Source: Candidatus Krumholzibacteriia bacterium (GTDB lineage Bacteria; Krumholzibacteriota; Krumholzibacteriia; WVZY01). From it: a DNA stretch of 34,268 bases. Below, piece after piece: positions 24,342 to 32,483 of the stretch. Below the pieces are notes generated by a model. It saw only the letters and a list, made by a program, of their open reading frames with translations. It was not told the origin of the DNA and made no database searches. Position numbers and translations under genes: made by a program. Positions within the stretch are counted from its first letter, which is position 1. Each line of letters begins with the position of its first letter. The stretch is from positions 1 through 34,268 of the forward strand of contig JAZGDW010000125.1 in NCBI GenBank assembly GCA_036478295.1, written 5' to 3'.

Positions 24342-24457
24342 TGTTCTCCCTTCCTGCAACGCGTTCTCGCCGCTGGACATTCAAGGCCCAATCGTACGGC
24401 AGGCACGCGATGTCGTTAGTGCGCGAAATCCTCCGCTCCACCGGCGCCGGCAAAGAC

Positions 24458-25159
24458 TCACCTTCTCCAGCGAGACCGCAGGAAGTCGGGATAATAGAGG
24501 AGAATCGTACCGATAATCTTTGCTCCGGCCAGTATCGTTCCTTTTATGGTACCTGATATTTTGGATTTGCCAATTCGTTTCCGGTAACGCACCGGGACTT
24601 CGGTGATGGCGAAGCCCATCCGGATCGCCTTCACCTGCATCTCCGCGTTCCAGCCGAAGGTCGGATCCCGCATGCCGAGCGCTTCGAGGCTCCGCCGGCG
24701 GATGGCGCGGAACGGGCCCATGTCGGTGAAGCGGAACCCGTAGAGGCGACGGATCATCCCGCACGCCAGAGTGTTGCCAAAGCGCTGGTTCCACTGCAGT
24801 GCTCCCTTCTCCGCGCCCTTGACACGAGAGCCGATGACGAAGTCCGCTTGCCCGTTCTTGATCGGGGCAAGAAGCAGCGGCAGGTCCTCGGGATAGTCCG
24901 AGTGGTCGCCGTCCAGGATCACCACAATCTCCGACGTGCTCCCAAGGCTGGCCATCCCTTTGAGACAGGCCGCCCCGTAACCGGGTCGTTTCTCTTCGAC
25001 CACCGTCGCGCCGTGATCACGCGCCACCTGCGCCGTGTTGTCCGTCGATCCGTTGTCGACCACGATGACCTCGTCGACGTCTTCCCGCGGGATCTCGTCG
25101 ATGACCAGAGCAATGGACTGCTCCTCGTTCATCGCGGGAATTATGATACTCGCCTTCAT
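24458..25159 (-). CDS. GT2 glycosyltransferase, polyprenol-phosphate sugar synthase (DPM1-like)
   Basis: IIPAMNEE, VVDNGSTD, GYGAAC, DGDHSD, FTDMGPFRAI, EVPVRYRKRIGKSKISGT. Confidence 0.9.
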   Translation of the reverse strand: MKASIIIPAMNEEQSIALVIDEIPREDVDEVIVVDNGSTDNTAQVARDHGATVVEEKRPGYGAACLKGMASLGSTSEIVVILDGDHSDYPEDLPLLLAPIKNGQADFVIGSRVKGAEKGALQWNQRFGNTLACGMIRRLYGFRFTDMGPFRAIRRRSLEALGMRDPTFGWNAEMQVKAIRMGFAITEVPVRYRKRIGKSKISGTIKGTILAGAKIIGTILLYYPDFLRSRWRR

Positions 25160-26451
25160 GAACTCTCCCGCAGGCGCGCGGATTTGCTGCGCGCCCCACG
25201 CCAGGCCTCATGGCCGAGCAGCGCATAGAAGGGCACGTACTGGAGAAGCAACGGCACCCAACCCACCTCCCACACCCCGTTTTGTGGATAGCCGACCCAG
25301 ACCCAATAAGACGCCGCCACCGCCCCGCTGAAGAACAACCACGCGCGGCTGGAATAAAAACAGAGGAACGGGACGATCCACACAATATACCACGGATACA
25401 CAGTCGGCGATAACAGGAGCGAGCAGGCGATGACGCGGTAAGCGAACTTCACAGGATCCTTGCGCGCGTAACCCTGCAGGAGAGCATATGCGCCGACACA
25501 CGCGAACAAGACGAGGTGGATCCGGTCCGGATCGCCGAACACCCGTTTCAGCACCGAGAACAGGAGTGAGTTGAACTCCCAACGCGTGCCGTACGTGCGC
25601 AGGCTCGCCACGAGCCCGGACCCCGCACCGGCAAAGGGCAGGTAGCCCGCGACGGCTACCGCACCAAACAAGAGCAGCCAGGGTACGTATTTCTTTTTGA
25701 AAAGAAAAAACGGCACCAGGAGTGCCGCCAGGTACTTCGCCAGAAAAGACAGCGCCAGCGACACGAAGCCCATCCAGGTCGCCCGCTTTTCCAACAACAG
25801 GAGTGCCAGCACCAAAAAAAATATTCCAACGGAATCCATGTGTCCCGAATGCGAAAACTCGACCAGGACCAGCGGGCTCCAACCGTAGACGGCGCAGAGG
25901 TGGACGTTCCTTCCCCGGGATCTGAGCAAGAGCAAAAGCATGACCATCGTTGCCATATCAAAGAAGACGAACAGCACCTTTTGCGTGCGGAGATCGGGTT
26001 CGACGGCCGCGCCGATCCAGAAAACGCCCTGCGCAAGCGGTGGGTAAATGGTTTCGAGACGTGGATGATTGATGCCCGGGTAATTCTCGTCGCGCAGCGT
26101 CTCCAGCTCGGGCGCGTCGGGCGGCAGCGCGAAAGGATTATGCCCGGCCACGATGACCCTTCCCTCCCACAGGTAGCGGTAGATGTCGTTCGACAGCGTG
26201 GGCGGGCCGAAGAGGAGGGTGACGCGGCAGGCGAGCGCCACCGCGAAGATGAAGATCAGTGTCGGCCGGTGCGCCACGCGCACGCGCGCGAGGGCGATAA
26301 CGGCTGCCACGTAGAGAAGAAAAAGGCCGGTAAAGCCGACCAGGAACTTCGGTATGATGGCGCTCAGGTCACCCCACGACGCCATCCACGCGGACAGACC
26401 GGCGAGCAGCAGGCCCGGAACGAAGACGACCCACGGGTAGCGCGGTTTCAT
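25156..26451 (-). CDS. GT-C (GT87-like) membrane glycosyltransferase
   Basis: LSNDIYRYLWEG, TIYPPLAQ, WSPL..E...GHMD, VYPWY; multi-TM; ATGA-coupled to the downstream GT2. Confidence 0.85.
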   Translation of the reverse strand: MKPRYPWVVFVPGLLLAGLSAWMASWGDLSAIIPKFLVGFTGLFLLYVAAVIALARVRVAHRPTLIFIFAVALACRVTLLFGPPTLSNDIYRYLWEGRVIVAGHNPFALPPDAPELETLRDENYPGINHPRLETIYPPLAQGVFWIGAAVEPDLRTQKVLFVFFDMATMVMLLLLLRSRGRNVHLCAVYGWSPLVLVEFSHSGHMDSVGIFFLVLALLLLEKRATWMGFVSLALSFLAKYLAALLVPFFLFKKKYVPWLLLFGAVAVAGYLPFAGAGSGLVASLRTYGTRWEFNSLLFSVLKRVFGDPDRIHLVLFACVGAYALLQGYARKDPVKFAYRVIACSLLLSPTVYPWYIVWIVPFLCFYSSRAWLFFSGAVAASYWVWVGYPQNGVWEVGWVPLLLQYVPFYALLGHEAWRGARSKSARLRESS

Positions 26452-26466
26452 GGCGGCCCGTCCGGG

Positions 26467-27930
26467 TTAACGTTTCGCGTGCAGAATCGAGAGGCCGAAG
26501 ATGTACAGGTACCCGATCACAAAAAGCAGGAGATACGGCAGCGCACCCCAGTTCTTCAAATAGATGAGAACGACCAGGGTCGCGCACATGTAGACGGCGA
26601 AGGCGAACTCGAGCATTAATGACCGCCGGTTGACCGAGCGGTATATCTTGCCCTTCCAGTTGTCCTTCAGCGTTTCGATGCGGTACTTGGCCGTGCGCAC
26701 GAACGGTGTGTCCCGCGACAGGAGGGCCTCCCCCACCGCCCACGCGTTGTTGATGCACATGCCGATACCCAGGGCCAGTATGAAGGGAATGTCCTTCAAG
26801 CGCCATCGCCAATCCTGGTACAACTCCCTCTGCGAGATCAGATAGAAGAGGAACACCGACGCGGTGGTAAAGAGAAACACAACGATCTCCCACATCTCGA
26901 TACCCTCGAGCATCAGGTGGTAGCGCAGGACCAGCGAGAGCGGCAGCAGGGCCGAGAGGAGCACGACGAGGAGGTAACAGAGATTCGCGCTCAGGTGGAA
27001 CGTCGCTTCGATTTTTACCCGGAGCGGTAGCGGCGCCCTCCACAGGGTGGGAATGAGTTTCTTGCCCACCTGGATCGACCCCTTCGTCCAGCGGTGCTGC
27101 TGGGTCTTGAAGCCCCAAATGTCCACCGGCAGCTCGCTCTCGCACACCAGGTGGGGCAGGTAGACGAATTTCCACCCGGCAATCTGGCAGCGGTAAGAGA
27201 GGTCGAGATCTTCGGTCAGGGTGGCGCCGTCCCACCCGCCCGCGTCCAGTATGGCCCGCCGCCGAAATACGCCGCCGGTGCCATTGAAATTGAAAAAGCG
27301 GCCGGAGAAGTTGCGCGCCGTGTGCTCGAGCACGAAGTGCCCGTCGAGAAGGATCGACTGCAGCCGGGTGAGCAGCGAATACTCGCGGTTGAGATAGCCC
27401 CACCGCGCTTGCACCATCCCCACTTTCGGGTCCTGGAAGTGGGGGACGATCGTCTCCAGAAATTCCGACGGTGCGATGAAATCCGCGTCGAAGATCGCGA
27501 CCAGTTCGTCCGTCGATTTCTCGAGTCCCGCTTTCAGGGCGCCGGCCTTATAGCCTTTCCTGTCTTCGCGGTGCAGGTAAACCACGTTGAACCCCTGCCG
27601 GCGGAGTTTGTCCGCGGCTTCTTGCGAAATCTCCGTGGTGCGGTCCGTGGAATCGTCCAGCACCTGGATGGTGAGCTTTTCCCGCGGGTAGTCCAGCCGC
27701 CCGATACTCTCGATGACCCTCGCCGCGACGTAGTACTCGTTGAAAATGGGCAGCTGCACGGTGACGGTCGGGTAGTCTTTCTTCGCGAGCGGAGGGGGTT
27801 CGGGTCGTCCGCGCCTCTTGTAATAGCGGTAATACAAATAGAGGATGAAGTAGCGGTGAATCCCGTAGACCGACAGCAGGCCCAAAACTGTGAGATAGGC
27901 AACGATCGTGATCCGGCTGAGTAGATCCAT
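26467..27930 (-). CDS. Cellulose-synthase-like processive GT2
   Basis: VQLPIFNE, QVLDDSTD, KAGAL, FDADF, TEDLDL, QQHRW (QxxRW); C-terminal TMs. Confidence 0.92.
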   Translation of the reverse strand: MDLLSRITIVAYLTVLGLLSVYGIHRYFILYLYYRYYKRRGRPEPPPLAKKDYPTVTVQLPIFNEYYVAARVIESIGRLDYPREKLTIQVLDDSTDRTTEISQEAADKLRRQGFNVVYLHREDRKGYKAGALKAGLEKSTDELVAIFDADFIAPSEFLETIVPHFQDPKVGMVQARWGYLNREYSLLTRLQSILLDGHFVLEHTARNFSGRFFNFNGTGGVFRRRAILDAGGWDGATLTEDLDLSYRCQIAGWKFVYLPHLVCESELPVDIWGFKTQQHRWTKGSIQVGKKLIPTLWRAPLPLRVKIEATFHLSANLCYLLVVLLSALLPLSLVLRYHLMLEGIEMWEIVVFLFTTASVFLFYLISQRELYQDWRWRLKDIPFILALGIGMCINNAWAVGEALLSRDTPFVRTAKYRIETLKDNWKGKIYRSVNRRSLMLEFAFAVYMCATLVVLIYLKNWGALPYLLLFVIGYLYIFGLSILHAKR

Positions 27931-28034
27931 TATAAGTCCTTGTTTAGTATTAGGTTATATGATGTGGTCGGGGATGGCTCAACCGCGGCCGTCACACTTT
28001 TACCATTAATTCACCCGGGCTGCAAGTCACGCTT

Positions 28035-28988
28035 TCAGACCAGGGACCCTCCGCAGGACGACCCACTCCCGGCGGCGCAGCCGAAGCAGTGATTACCGGT
28101 GACAATCCGCCGCTTGGCATGGGCGACCGGATCGAAATCCCGGATGTGGGTCGGAGCGCCGTGGTCTACCGACATCTTCAGGGCAAGATTGAAGTCACAA
28201 TCGTAAATATTGCCGTCCCAGTCAACGTTTATCTGGTGCCGGCACATGAGACCTTCGAGTGTGGACGGATTAAAAGATTCGCGCAGCAACTGCATGTACT
28301 CATGGTATTTCTTCTGCTTTTTCAAGGCGCCCACGTAGCGGCCGATCGGCATGTTGGTAATCGTAATCAACCGGGTAAAGGACAGCCCATAGCGCGCGTT
28401 GAGTTCGGCGCGGTAATCCTTCTCCAGGCTGGACTGGTCGGGCGGCAGGTGCGGCCCCACGGGGTTGTACACCAGGCTCAGGGGCAGGTCCGGGTCGATA
28501 CCGTAGCCGACGGCGTTCAACAATTTGATCGCTTCAATACTGCCCTCGAAGACGCCTTCCCCGCGCTGGTTATCCACGTTCTCCTGCAGGTAGCACGGAA
28601 GCGACGCCACCAGCTGTACCCCATGATCCTTGAAGAACTCGGGCATCCGCTCCATCCCCGGCACGAGCAGTATCGTCAGGTTGGTCCGCACCATGACCGA
28701 TACACCGATCTCATCGAGCACCTCGACGAACCTCCGGAAATGGGTGTTCATCTCCGGCGCGCCGCCGGTGATATCGACAGTCTTGCAGTTCGTGTTCTTC
28801 GCCACCTCGATGATGAGCTCCATGGTTTCCCAACTCATCATTTCTTTTCTCTTTGGAGACGAGGCCACGTGGCAATGCACGCACTGCAGGTTGCATTTCA
28901 GGCCGATGTTTACCTGAATCGTGGAAATGTCCACGCTGTGCAGGTTGTCGCCGGTGGTTTGCTTTACCTGGAGGTCAAAATCGTTCAT
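28035..28988 (-). CDS. arsS: Arsenosugar biosynthesis radical SAM protein ArsS
   Basis: CNLQCVHCHV, DITGGAPE, ASLPCY..ENVD.QRG, LMCR, YDCDFN, C-terminal HCFGCAAGSGSSCGG. Confidence 0.88.
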   Translation of the reverse strand: MNDFDLQVKQTTGDNLHSVDISTIQVNIGLKCNLQCVHCHVASSPKRKEMMSWETMELIIEVAKNTNCKTVDITGGAPEMNTHFRRFVEVLDEIGVSVMVRTNLTILLVPGMERMPEFFKDHGVQLVASLPCYLQENVDNQRGEGVFEGSIEAIKLLNAVGYGIDPDLPLSLVYNPVGPHLPPDQSSLEKDYRAELNARYGLSFTRLITITNMPIGRYVGALKKQKKYHEYMQLLRESFNPSTLEGLMCRHQINVDWDGNIYDCDFNLALKMSVDHGAPTHIRDFDPVAHAKRRIVTGNHCFGCAAGSGSSCGGSLV

Positions 28989-29018
28989 GATCTGTCTCCG
29001 TTTTGTGGGTGCGGCCCC

Positions 29019-30080
29019 TCAGCAGCAGGCCCCGCCTTCGCCGGGATCACCGGATGTCATCGGGGCGCCGCCCGGTCCGCAATCGAACGGCCCGTAATGG
29101 GTCGAACGGTCGCCCTGCACGTCGAAATGCCTGCCGTAACGCGTCTCACCGATCATCGCCGCCGTGTTGCCGCACACCAGCATCGGCTTGCCGGTGACGA
29201 ACCGGTGATGATCATCGAGGACGAACGCATGCTCGAAGCCGGCGATCGTCCCGTGGTACGTCGCCACCTGCCCGTAGTCCTCACAGATGTCCTCGAGATT
29301 GCCCAGCTTGAAGGCGCGAATGGTCATCGAATAGAAATCGATCATGCCCACCTTGGCTTCGATGTCCGGGTCCTCCAGCTTGATGCGGGTCGTCCCCAGC
29401 ACGCGGTAATCGAGAAACCCCACGTCACGCATCAGCCGGCGAAAATCCTCGATGTACATGGCCCCGCCGAGACATTCTCCGTAGAGGACGGGGTCGTTAC
29501 ACAGCACCCCGGGCAGGCGCCGGCCGCTGAATATGTCGGAAAAATAGAGCTCGCCGACGGGTTTCAGCACCCTGGCGATTTCCGAAAAGACGCTGCGCTT
29601 GTCCGGCGATAGATTGATGACGCAGTTTGAAATGACGACGTCTACCGACGCGTCTTCGATGCCGATCTCTCTCAGATCCTCTATGTAACCTTTTTCGAAA
29701 GTTACGTTGGGCCGCGCGTAGCCGAAGCGGGCCGTCTGACCGTCGATGTGCCGCCGGGCCACGTCGAGCTGTTCATCGGTCATGTCGACGCCGATGACCC
29801 TGCCCCGGGGGCCGACGAGGTAGGACGCCATGTAGGCGTCGCGCCCTGCCCCGCAACCGAGGTCTAGTACGACGGACTCCTCCAAGGCCGGCGGCAGCGG
29901 CGATCCGCAACCGTAGAATTTTTCGAGAATCTCATCGTCGATTTCCTCGAGAATCTTTTTTTGATGGGGTGGAAAGGCGTCCGCGCTGCAGCATGCGCTG
30001 GTCCTCAGGTCGCGTTTTCCCGTGAGTATTTTGCCGTAGTACTCTTTTACCATTTCCTTCTTATGATCCGCTTCGGGCAC
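29019..30080 (-). CDS. arsM: Arsenite S-adenosylmethionine methyltransferase (ArsM-like)
   Basis: ACC, FYGCG, LDLGCGAGRD, GVDMT, ISNCVINL, GECLGGA, C-terminal CC; GGAGG SD before GTG 30080. Confidence 0.85.
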   Translation of the reverse strand: MPEADHKKEMVKEYYGKILTGKRDLRTSACCSADAFPPHQKKILEEIDDEILEKFYGCGSPLPPALEESVVLDLGCGAGRDAYMASYLVGPRGRVIGVDMTDEQLDVARRHIDGQTARFGYARPNVTFEKGYIEDLREIGIEDASVDVVISNCVINLSPDKRSVFSEIARVLKPVGELYFSDIFSGRRLPGVLCNDPVLYGECLGGAMYIEDFRRLMRDVGFLDYRVLGTTRIKLEDPDIEAKVGMIDFYSMTIRAFKLGNLEDICEDYGQVATYHGTIAGFEHAFVLDDHHRFVTGKPMLVCGNTAAMIGETRYGRHFDVQGDRSTHYGPFDCGPGGAPMTSGDPGEGGACC

Positions 30081-30099
30081 AACAGCCTCCGTGTAAGGG

Positions 30100-31254
30100 C
30101 TAATCAAACGGGACGTGATTCTTCAATATCCAATAGATGCCAGCGCTCAGCAGCCCGGCCACCGGCAGGGTCAGAACCCAAGACAGGAGTATCTCCGACA
30201 CCACCCGGCCGCGGGCCTGCCGCGTCGCCATGCCGATGCCGAAGAGCGATCCCACCGATACGTGTGTCGTGGAAACGGGTAGTCCCATGCGGCTGCTGAA
30301 GATTACCAGACCGGCCGTCACCAGGTTGGCGGTGAACCCCTGGCCGTGGTTCATGGGTGTGATCCGGTGGCTGACGGTATGTGCGACCTTCGCTGAGCTC
30401 AACAGGCCACCGGCGGCCATGGCGACCGCCACGATGAGCATTCCCTGCTGCACGCCGAGCCCCTGAACGACGAGGAGCAGCGCAACGATTTTGGGCGTGT
30501 CGTTCAGGCCGCGGGCAAAACTCACCATGCCCGCACTCACGAAATGGGCGCCATCCAGCAGCCGCTGAACCCCTATGCCGATAACGCTGCCCGCGTACCG
30601 CTCAACGGCTCCCGCCGGCGGATTGTTCCCGGCCGGCCCTATGTTGACGCTCACGCCCGCCTCGGGCATCCTGTCCAGCGCCAGCGTGGTGCCGCTGTCG
30701 GCAACAGCCACCGCCTTCTGTGGCCGGCCGAACAATACCACCCATTCCTTCGTAACCCCCAGGCGCGTACGGAAATACCGGAATATCCCATACACCGCCG
30801 CCGCCAACAGCACCGCGGCGATCGGGCTGAAGAGAAGCGGGGCCACGAAGCTCTTGCCCAGAACGCCAAACCGCACGCCGGAACCCACGGCTACGAGGCC
30901 GCCGCCGACAAGTGCGCCCGTCAAACTGTGCGTGGTGGAAATCGGAAAACCGGTCATGGTCGCCAGCAAGATTGTTACACCGGCACCTCCCGCGACGGCA
31001 AGCACGAATTCCGGCGATGCCGCGACCACATCCGGCACCAGGCCCTTGCCCGAGAAGCTCCGAACCAGCGCCTGCGCCCAGAAAACAGATACGATCGACC
31101 CTGCCAGCGTCGTCACCGTGGCCCACGAGAGCGCGCGGCGGTAGCTGGTCGTGCCACTTCCCAGCAGCGTCGCCACGCCCTTGAAATTGTCGTTCGCGCC
31201 GTTCGTGTACGCCACAAAGATGGCGGCGGCAGTTATGAGCAGGATAAGCAGCAT
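30100..31254 (-). CDS. PiT-family inorganic phosphate transporter
   Basis: NGANDN, PISTTH, GLNDTPK, PVSTTH signature repeats. Confidence 0.92.
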   Translation of the reverse strand: MLLILLITAAAIFVAYTNGANDNFKGVATLLGSGTTSYRRALSWATVTTLAGSIVSVFWAQALVRSFSGKGLVPDVVAASPEFVLAVAGGAGVTILLATMTGFPISTTHSLTGALVGGGLVAVGSGVRFGVLGKSFVAPLLFSPIAAVLLAAAVYGIFRYFRTRLGVTKEWVVLFGRPQKAVAVADSGTTLALDRMPEAGVSVNIGPAGNNPPAGAVERYAGSVIGIGVQRLLDGAHFVSAGMVSFARGLNDTPKIVALLLVVQGLGVQQGMLIVAVAMAAGGLLSSAKVAHTVSHRITPMNHGQGFTANLVTAGLVIFSSRMGLPVSTTHVSVGSLFGIGMATRQARGRVVSEILLSWVLTLPVAGLLSAGIYWILKNHVPFD

Positions 31255-31418
31255 GTGAGCAACCTAGGCAACTGATAGTCGGGTCGGTCGGCTCAGTGAA
31301 TTCTTACATTTGAATTGGCCGCTCCCAGGGGCAAAACGCTGCCAGCGGCGGGCATTCTGCGACCGCATGGCCGGATCGTGAGGACCGGCCGGGCATGAGG
31401 TCCGCGGCCGGTCCGCCG

Positions 31419-32213
31419 TCAGCGTTTCTCGCTGGCGACCAGCCTGCCCTGCGAGGATCCCGAAGGTGCGTTGAGTTCCTCGCGACCGGGTGCCTGCGCG
31501 CCCACGTCGCGACCGGAACATTCCTTGTAGAAACGCTTGAGGCGTTCGGGGGGGACGCCCAGGGAGAAGAGGAGCAGAAGACATCCGCCCCGCACGACAC
31601 AGTAGAAGAGCCCTTCATGATCGAGACGGCGCGCCGACGTCGTCACGCGTTCATCGAGGATCACGATGCGCTCACGCCGGCGCTTGATCCGGCGCATGAT
31701 CTCCACGTCCTCCAGGATCGGGATGTCGGCGAAACCACCGATGCTATCGAAGTACGTCTTTCTGAGAAAAATCGCCTGGTCCCCGAAGGGGATGCGGGAG
31801 ACACGCGCGCGCCAGGATTCCACGCGCGCCAACAAGCACGCGACGCGGCTCCGGGTAGCGAACGCCAGATCGAACGCCCCTCCCACAAGCTGCTTGTCTG
31901 CCAGGACGGACAAGATCCGCGTCAGCGCGTTCTCGGGCAGGTAGGTATCGGCGTGCAGAAAAAGCAGGATCGAGCCCCGTGCGACGCCGGCGCCGGCGTT
32001 CATCTGGCGAGCGCGACCCTTCGAGCTACCCAGCGTGGTCACACCAGACGTCCTGATGGCGTCAATGGTGTCGCGGTCCGGGTGGCCGTCGACCACGATG
32101 ATCTCGCTCTGCCCTTGCGGGTCGAGCCGGCGCACGTGCGCGACTAGGTCGTTGATCACGCCGCTCTCGCGGTAGACCGGGATGATAATCGAGATGCGTG
32201 GCATGGCGGTCAT
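31419..32213 (-). CDS. TIGR04283-type GT2 glycosyltransferase (arsenosugar-associated)
   Basis: ISIIIPV, GRARQMNAGA, LFLHADT, PFGDQAIF, PILEDV, TSARR; start at ATG 32213. Confidence 0.88.
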   Translation of the reverse strand: MTAMPRISIIIPVYRESGVINDLVAHVRRLDPQGQSEIIVVDGHPDRDTIDAIRTSGVTTLGSSKGRARQMNAGAGVARGSILLFLHADTYLPENALTRILSVLADKQLVGGAFDLAFATRSRVACLLARVESWRARVSRIPFGDQAIFLRKTYFDSIGGFADIPILEDVEIMRRIKRRRERIVILDERVTTSARRLDHEGLFYCVVRGGCLLLLFSLGVPPERLKRFYKECSGRDVGAQAPGREELNAPSGSSQGRLVASEKR

Positions 32214-32267
32214 ACGATTTCCTGAAGCAGGTGGTCGGCTGACCCCCATCGGGCCGATACGCCGAGC

Positions 32268-32483
32268 CTGGCCTTGATCCGTCAGAAACAATGGGTCTGT
32301 GCTGATGGGCCAGGCGTCAAGATGGGGGCGCTCCGGCTCAGACAGTCCTCGCGCGCCGACGAGGAACATCTTCCCATCGCCCATAATTCGTGGGCGGTCG
32401 GCGCGCTGTGGAACTCGCCGTCGACCCCCATCCTGACTCCTGGTCCCGCCCCAAGACAGCGAGTTTGTGACGGATCAAGCCTA
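32268..32483. mobile_element. Roughly 210-bp element with terminal inverted repeats and nested internal palindromy (MITE-like or structured RNA)
   Basis: CTTGATCCGTCAGAAAC (32273-32289) vs GTTTGTGACGGATCAAG (32463-32479), 16/17 complementary; inner arms 32307-32330/32422-32447 and 32351-32360/32397-32406. Confidence 0.55.

Noticed and set aside
28035..28090. ArsS as a selenoprotein
   Set aside because: The C-terminal GSSCGG uses TGC (Cys); the TGA follows the normal C-terminus
32214..32384. N-terminal extension of the TIGR04283 GT
   Set aside because: Runs through the palindromic element; the family N-terminus and an SD are at 32213
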